DNA of 64,000 nucleotides from a virus (Duplodnaviria; Caudoviricetes): IMG/VR virus record IMGVR_UViG_3300028805_000091, positions 20,936 to 84,935 of that record; one strand, 5' to 3'. Shown piece by piece: positions 58,697 to 64,000 of this stretch (position 1 is its first letter; each line of letters starts with the position of its first letter). The notes under the pieces were generated by a model. It saw only the letters and a program-made list of their open reading frames with translations, ran no database searches and was not told where the DNA came from. The position numbers and the translations under genes were made by a program.

Positions 58697-59887
58697 ATGG
58701 CAATTGGTCAAAATAGAGTAATACATCGTTTTATACGTCCTATTTCAGACTATCAAGAGGGGGGTGAGTACTACACTCAAGTAATACCTCTCGACACTCA
58801 AGCTTATGCATTTTATCCAGAAGATTCTGGTCGTTCGTGCTTGTTATGGTATGTCTTTGGCGATGGTGTGCATACATATTTAGAGATATGTGAAGGAAAA
58901 GGTAATACTGAAAGTGCGAAAGAATTTCCTGTATTTACAGAAGATTTTATAAAAATTATAGAAGATACTTATTCAAAAGAAGAAGTAGACGAATTAATTA
59001 GTAAAATTCATTCTTTTCAAGTATTAATAGTAGATGAATTACCAGAAGTTGGTGAAGATAATATATTATACTTAGTTCCAAAGGATGAAAGTGATTATAA
59101 TATAAATTTACCAATTGAACATAATTACTATGATGAATATGTATGGTTAGATACATATTTTGAATATATAGGAAATACTGGTTCTGCTGGTGATTATGTT
59201 ACTCATGCTGAATTAGATGAAATTCTTCAAACTGAATTAAGTGCTGAATATATAAAATATACAAATGAAAATTACACTTTGTCGAATGTAAAAGAAGCTC
59301 TTGATTTATTATTATATAAGAAACCGGAAGTAACATTACATGGTGGCCAAACATACGAAAAAGGTATGATTATAAAAGATGTTAATTTGTCTTGGGAAAT
59401 CAATAAAATTATAACAGCTCAAGCTATTACACCTGGAATTGGCGCAGTAGATAAGAATTTAAGAGCATATACAGCTGAAGATGTAAATATTACAGAAGAT
59501 ACTACTTATACTATTATGGTAAGTGATGGTAAACATTCTGCAACTAGTTCAACTGATATATTATTTAAACAATATCTTTATTGGGGAAGTTCAAGTTCAA
59601 CTGTTTTAGATAATCAAGAAATTATCATTATGTCAAAAGAATTTGAATCGACTGATAAAAATGTAATAACATTCGATTGTTCAGGGGGTAAATATTTCTA
59701 TGTAATATCACCATCAAAATATGATGATGTTATTAATTTTAAGATTAATGGATTTGTATTCAGTGATATGGTTGAGTCACACATACTCTTAACGAATGCA
59801 AGTGGATATAAATCTCAATACACTATTTATAGGTCTAATAATATCCAAACTGGTTCTAATATCGAAGTGGAGTATTTTATATCATGA
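58697..59887 (+). CDS. Tail/structural protein with the same N-terminal domain as 56271-58613
   Basis: VFGDGVHTYLEI; VDELPEVGEDNILYLVP...YDEYVW...FEYIG; NVKEALD.L modules. Confidence 0.7.
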   Translation: MAIGQNRVIHRFIRPISDYQEGGEYYTQVIPLDTQAYAFYPEDSGRSCLLWYVFGDGVHTYLEICEGKGNTESAKEFPVFTEDFIKIIEDTYSKEEVDELISKIHSFQVLIVDELPEVGEDNILYLVPKDESDYNINLPIEHNYYDEYVWLDTYFEYIGNTGSAGDYVTHAELDEILQTELSAEYIKYTNENYTLSNVKEALDLLLYKKPEVTLHGGQTYEKGMIIKDVNLSWEINKIITAQAITPGIGAVDKNLRAYTAEDVNITEDTTYTIMVSDGKHSATSSTDILFKQYLYWGSSSSTVLDNQEIIIMSKEFESTDKNVITFDCSGGKYFYVISPSKYDDVINFKINGFVFSDMVESHILLTNASGYKSQYTIYRSNNIQTGSNIEVEYFIS

Positions 59888-60336
59888 GCAAAATTCCAGG
59901 TACAAATGTAGCATCAGGTATTGTACCATTTACAACTGAAGACGAATTTCCTACACATTATTCTGAATATGGAAAGGGTGGTTGGAGAGAAGTTGCTACA
60001 ATTGCAGAAAGAGATTCAATAACATCACAACGTCGTAAAATTGGTATGGCGGTGTATGTTTCTGAAACGGATAAGGTATATATTTTAAAAAATGGTACCT
60101 CTAATGAATATTGGGTACCTATGTCTGACTCAGGAGGTTCTGGTGGAACTTTCGTATTTGCACCTGGTAAAGCCATGTCCACCTGGGTTATTGAACATAA
60201 CTTAGGGAAACATCCTAGTGTTACAGTTGTTACCTCAGCGGGTACTGTAGTAGTAGGAGATGTGTTATATAACAATGAAAATGTTGTTACTATAACATTT
60301 AATGGGGCTTTCAAAGGAAAAGCGTATTTAAACTAA
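59884..60336 (+). CDS. Small structural protein
   Basis: GGWREVATIAERD...RKIGM.VYV and W.I.HNLGK.PSVTVV...F.GKAYLN modules common in phage tail regions. Confidence 0.65.
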   Translation: MSKIPGTNVASGIVPFTTEDEFPTHYSEYGKGGWREVATIAERDSITSQRRKIGMAVYVSETDKVYILKNGTSNEYWVPMSDSGGSGGTFVFAPGKAMSTWVIEHNLGKHPSVTVVTSAGTVVVGDVLYNNENVVTITFNGAFKGKAYLN

Positions 60337-60389
60337 TTTATAAATTGTATATACAATAGTCAAATTAAATTTTAAATGGAGAAAGACAT

Positions 60390-62468
60390 ATGTCTAAAAA
60401 ATTTTTAATTGATATTGATCTTAACGGTAACGAACTGCAAAATGCTGTTGTTCAGAATTTGGCTTCTGCTCCGGAAAATCCGAAAGAAGGTCAACATTAC
60501 TATGACACAGTAGCTAAGGCTGAATTTTATTGGAATGGTACTGCGTGGATTAATGCTGCTGGTGACTATACCTTTAAAAACGGTGTTGAACAGGTTTCTG
60601 GTTCTCGTGATGTTCAAATCAAAATTGCTAGTGGAGCAAATGCAGGTAATGTTACTTTAACAGCTAATTCAAATGGTTTGAAAGCTGCTGTTGCTGAAGC
60701 TTCTACAAGTGCAAAAGGTATCATCGAAATTGCTGATGCTACTGAAATTGCTGCTGGTACTGCTACAGATAAAGCTGTTACTCCTGCTCAATTAGCTAAT
60801 AAAGTTGAAAAGAATGCGGCTATCACAGCTGGTACTCATACAAAAATTACCTATGATGCTAAAGGCTTAGTAACAGCCGGTGCTGATTTAGCTGAAGCTG
60901 ATATTCCGTCATTACATTTAGCAAAAATTACTGATGTTACAGCTTCTGCTGATGAGGTTAATGTATTAGATGGCATTGAAGCTACTACCGCTGAATTAAA
61001 TATTATGCATGGTGTTACAACTTCTACAGAAGAATTAAATTATGTAGATGGTGTTACTTCTAGCATTCAGGATCAATTAGATGCTAAAGTTGAAGGTAAT
61101 ACAGCTATTACTGGTGCTACAAAATGCAAGATTACCTATGACTCTAAAGGTTTGGTAACTGCTGGTGCTGACTTAACAGCCTCTGATATTCCTTCGTTAA
61201 CGCTGGCTAAAATCTCTGATGTTACTGCTACAGCTACCGAAGTTAATGTATTAGATGGTATTACAGCTTCTACAGAAGAATTAAATATCTTAGACGGTGT
61301 AACTGCTGATGCTTCTGAATTAAACATTTTGGATGGTGCTACATTAACAACAACTGAATTAAATTATGTTGATGGTGTTACCTCTTCAATTCAAGATCAA
61401 TTAGATAGTAAAGTAGCTAAAAATGCTGCTATTACCGCTGGTACAGGTACAGTTGTTACTTATGACGCTAAAGGTTTGGTAACTGGTTCTTCTGAATTAG
61501 CTATTAAATCTACATCAGCTAATTACTTAGAATATGATAGTACAAATCATGAATTTGGTGCTAAAGTTGATACAAATGTTACAGCTGATTCTACAAACCT
61601 TGTAACATCTGGTGCAGTTAAAGCTGCTATCGATGCTGCTGTTACAGGTGGTGTACATTATGCTGGTACATGGGATATTACATCAGCTACTGACTTCTCT
61701 GGTATTACATTACCACAAACAAAAGGTGCCTTATTCTATGTAAAAGGTACTGGTCCTAAGACAATCGGCGGTATTGAATGGAACGCAGGTGACTATCTGT
61801 TAATTAATGCCGATGTTGCAGCTGGTGGTTCATTAACTGGTAAAGTTGAAAAGATTGATAATACTGAATCTGCTGATATTGTTCGTTTGAATGCTGCTCA
61901 AACATTGACAAATAAAACAATTGATGCTGATGATAACACAATCTCTGACTTAACAACAACTAACTTTAAGTCTGGTACAGTTGCTACAACTGTTGCTGCT
62001 GCTTCTTCTGCCGCTGATACAAAATTACCATCAGAAAAAGCTGTTCGTACAGAATTAGATAAAAAACAAGATAAAGTTAGTGCTGCTGTTGAAAACAACA
62101 TTGCTAGTTGGGATGCAGCTGGTAATACGAAAGATTCTGGTAAATCTTTCGCTACTTCAGTTCGTGCTTCTGCAAGTGCTTCTGACAGTGTAATTGCTAC
62201 AGAAAAAGCTGTTGCTACATTTGTTGAAAATAGCATTTCTGGTACAAAAGCTGAATATAAGAATGCAGCTATAACTCCGGTTTCTGGAACAGCTACTTGG
62301 TCATTGAATAGTCTTCCAGCTGATCCAATGAATATTGTTATTATTGAAACAGCTACAGGTGAACAAGTTGAAATGAATATTGTATACGGTACAAAAGCCG
62401 CTACAATTACATTTAATGCTTCAACTGCGGTTGCTGCTAATACTTATACAGCTAAAGTATTGTTCTAA
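60390..62468 (+). CDS. Repeat-rich tail fibre protein
   Basis: Tandem ITYD.KGLVT.G.DL units and 14-aa T..ELN.LDG repeats; Ala/Thr-rich. Confidence 0.8.
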   Translation: MSKKFLIDIDLNGNELQNAVVQNLASAPENPKEGQHYYDTVAKAEFYWNGTAWINAAGDYTFKNGVEQVSGSRDVQIKIASGANAGNVTLTANSNGLKAAVAEASTSAKGIIEIADATEIAAGTATDKAVTPAQLANKVEKNAAITAGTHTKITYDAKGLVTAGADLAEADIPSLHLAKITDVTASADEVNVLDGIEATTAELNIMHGVTTSTEELNYVDGVTSSIQDQLDAKVEGNTAITGATKCKITYDSKGLVTAGADLTASDIPSLTLAKISDVTATATEVNVLDGITASTEELNILDGVTADASELNILDGATLTTTELNYVDGVTSSIQDQLDSKVAKNAAITAGTGTVVTYDAKGLVTGSSELAIKSTSANYLEYDSTNHEFGAKVDTNVTADSTNLVTSGAVKAAIDAAVTGGVHYAGTWDITSATDFSGITLPQTKGALFYVKGTGPKTIGGIEWNAGDYLLINADVAAGGSLTGKVEKIDNTESADIVRLNAAQTLTNKTIDADDNTISDLTTTNFKSGTVATTVAAASSAADTKLPSEKAVRTELDKKQDKVSAAVENNIASWDAAGNTKDSGKSFATSVRASASASDSVIATEKAVATFVENSISGTKAEYKNAAITPVSGTATWSLNSLPADPMNIVIIETATGEQVEMNIVYGTKAATITFNASTAVAANTYTAKVLF

Positions 62469-62493
62469 TTCAATAGTAATTTGAATTGAAAAT

Positions 62494-62522
62494 AAGAGAG
62501 TCTGAAATATGACTCTCTTTTT
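62494..62522 (+). terminator. Intrinsic terminator
   Basis: AAGAGAGTC / GACTCTCTT stem followed by a T-run. Confidence 0.8.
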
Positions 62523-62630
62523 ATATCTTAATTATATAATTGTCTAGTTGATTAAAGAAAACATAAATACAGGTTCTATAAAGATAGGAATATAAATCGA
62601 TTTATTTTATTTGTGCACGGATAAAAATCA

Positions 62631-63077
62631 ATGGTAAAAGGTAAATTTTTTAATCTCGATACTGATACAACGTTATCTAGTAATTCTGATTATACAATCC
62701 CATCTCAAAAAGCTATTAAAAGCTATGTAGATAATAGTATTCCTACAAATTATGTACCGAATACAAGAAAAATTAATAATAAAGCCTTAAGCTCTGATAT
62801 TACTTTAACTGCAAATGATGTAAATGCAGTGGCTGCAAATACTGCTATTACAGGTGCAACAAAATGTAAAATTACATATGATTCTAAGGGTCTTGTTACT
62901 GGTGGTGCTGATTTAATAGCTTCTGATATTCCTGATATTTCAGCTACATACCAGACCAAAATTACATCAAGCAATAAAGTAGCAGCAAGTAATGTGAGTG
63001 GTTTAGCTACAGTTGCTACAAGTGGTGATTATGATGATTTAACAGATAAACCTGTAGTAACATTCAAAAAGTGGTAA
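62631..63077 (+). CDS. Short fibre-like protein sharing a repeat with 60390-62468
   Basis: AITGATKCKITYDSKGLVT.GADL.ASDIP; LATVATSGDYDDL.DKP. Confidence 0.7.
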   Translation: MVKGKFFNLDTDTTLSSNSDYTIPSQKAIKSYVDNSIPTNYVPNTRKINNKALSSDITLTANDVNAVAANTAITGATKCKITYDSKGLVTGGADLIASDIPDISATYQTKITSSNKVAASNVSGLATVATSGDYDDLTDKPVVTFKKW

Positions 63078-63099
63078 AGATATAATAAAAAGATATAAT

Positions 63100-63127
63100 A
63101 GAGCCGTTAGAAATAACGGTTCTTTTT
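63100..63127 (+). terminator. Intrinsic terminator with GAAA tetraloop
   Basis: AGAGCCGTTA-GAAA-TAACGGTTCT-TTTT. Confidence 0.85.
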
Positions 63128-63130
63128 AAT

Positions 63131-63292
63131 ATGAAAGATTCAACTAAAGAAAATTTAGAAATAATAGATACAATACTTAATATAGTTATATCAATAGGAG
63201 CTATAATAGGTTTTATTGTAACATATAAAAGTGGATTTTTTCACAAACTACATAATGTAGTAGCATATTTTCATGAACAAATCAATTTATAA
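63131..63292 (+). CDS. 53-aa single-pass membrane protein (not in the ORF track)
   Basis: MKDSTKENLEIIDTILNIVISIGAIIGFIVTYKSG...EQINL*; its 3' end lies inside the inverted repeat. Confidence 0.45.
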   Translation: MKDSTKENLEIIDTILNIVISIGAIIGFIVTYKSGFFHKLHNVVAYFHEQINL

Positions 63293-63302
63293 AAAAACTA
63301 AC
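63251..63302. repeat. Inverted repeat, left arm (52 bp perfect match to 63949-64000)
   Basis: CATAATGTAG...TTTATAAAAAAACTAAC is the exact reverse complement of the last 52 nt of the window; one mismatch then TTTAAT extends it. Confidence 0.95.
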
Positions 63303-63621
63303 ATTTAATTTGCCTGATACAGAATCTCGCTCATTCGTATATACTACTGGAACAGCATATCTTGGTGAAACAGGTGATGGTTTCATTCCGAATATTACTG
63401 GTACTTTTGGTCAGGTTCCTTATCTGAAGGGAGAAAGTTGGGAATTAGGTGCATTTTCTTCTTATGAAAGTAGAACGAGTGAATTATGGAAAAGAGAAAA
63501 TAATTCAAATTATATGTATTTTATAGATTTTTCAGCTTCTCGGTGTAGTTCAGTATATCAATCAAATAAAACATATGTTCGACCAAAATATATAGTAGTT
63601 AGACCAATTATTAGATATTAA
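63301..63621 (+). pseudogene. Start-less tail-fibre C-terminal cassette A
   Basis: Begins TFNLPD (collar-domain motif) with no upstream start in frame (TGA at 63274-63276); PNITGTFG; F.AS..SSVYQ...V.P...II.Y. Confidence 0.75.
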
Positions 63622-63950
63622 TAATGTATTATATAATATATTACTGTACAAGCAGGAATAACATGATTTACGTCATCTTGATAAACAGAACTAGATAATG
63701 AAGCATTGAAAAAGAAATTATAAGTTAAATTATCAGATTGACCCATTGTCATACCTTGTAAAGCGTTTGCAGCAGATATTTTCCCATCTGTAAAAGCTCC
63801 TGATGAATTACCCCAACCTCTTGAACTACCACCACCAGCATAACCAAAAGTACCTTTAATGTTAGGTAATAAACCATTACTTCTATAACCTAAATTTTGG
63901 TCTGACCACATATAAGGTATAGATATATTAAAATCTGGAATATTAAACGT
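63618..63950 (-). pseudogene. Start-less tail-fibre C-terminal cassette B (convergent with A)
   Basis: Begins TFNIPD at the repeat edge; PNIKGTFG; F.AS..SSVYQ...V.P...II.Y; stop overlaps the stop of cassette A. Confidence 0.75.
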
Positions 63951-64000
63951 TAGTTTTTTTATAAATTGATTTGTTCATGAAAATATGCTACTACATTATG
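63949..64000. repeat. Inverted repeat, right arm (runs to the window end)
   Basis: Reverse complement of 63251-63302; true length unknown because the window ends. Confidence 0.95.

Noticed and set aside
60800-61500. CRISPR-like or DNA tandem array
   Set aside because: The repeats are in-frame protein repeats with synonymous divergence; there are no identical direct repeats with unique spacers.
63280-63300. Programmed -1 frameshift fusing the small membrane gene to cassette A via the A7 run
   Set aside because: The TAA stop (63290-63292) is reached before the A-AAA-AAC heptamer, and the codons before the stop do not form a canonical slippery site.
63301-63950. Diversity-generating retroelement template/variable repeat pair
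   Set aside because: The two cassettes differ at all base types rather than only at adenines, are convergent, and no reverse transcriptase is in the window.
1-64000. Stop-codon recoding (TAG or TGA read-through) as in some large gut phages
   Set aside because: Conserved genes (GroEL, portal, SbcC, rSAMs) are full length in code 11, and TAG/TGA serve as real stops with tight gene packing.

Overview
A 64-kb, strongly AT-rich segment of a large T4-type (myovirus-like) bacteriophage genome that reads normally in genetic code 11. Annotations come from motif recognition by eye; no database search or folding program was run. Layout: (i) 1-2.2 kb, the end of a tail-fibre block and a membrane protein; (ii) 2.2-10.4 kb, a tightly coupled minus-strand operon of six paralogous radical-SAM proteins, a cysteine-desulfurase-like protein lacking its PLP lysine, and a 240-aa protein ending in a Ser/Cys tract that looks like their substrate; (iii) 10.5-38.5 kb, a GH19 endolysin, T4-like head genes (scaffold, gp21-like protease fused to about 1100 extra residues, neck, portal), large acidic putative head-packaged proteins (one with a nucleotidyltransferase domain), a candidate structured ncRNA, and GroEL/GroES/glutaredoxin/ClpP; (iv) about 38.9 kb, a divergent intergenic region with origin-like features; (v) 39-48.5 kb, a cluster-less seventh radical-SAM-like gene, gp46/gp47-like nuclease, gp32-like SSB, HNH, a sigma-like protein and DHFR; (vi) 48.8-64 kb, tailspike and fibre genes, thymidine kinase, two homologous structured leaders, and two convergent start-less fibre-tip cassettes flanked by an inverted repeat (an invertible host-range segment). 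A GTTCTA motif precedes most structural genes and also the radical-SAM operon. The leading novel-system candidate is the radical-SAM operon with its poly-Ser/Cys substrate, apparently on the late (virion) expression programme. No CRISPR array, rRNA, canonical tRNA, integrase or reverse transcriptase was seen.
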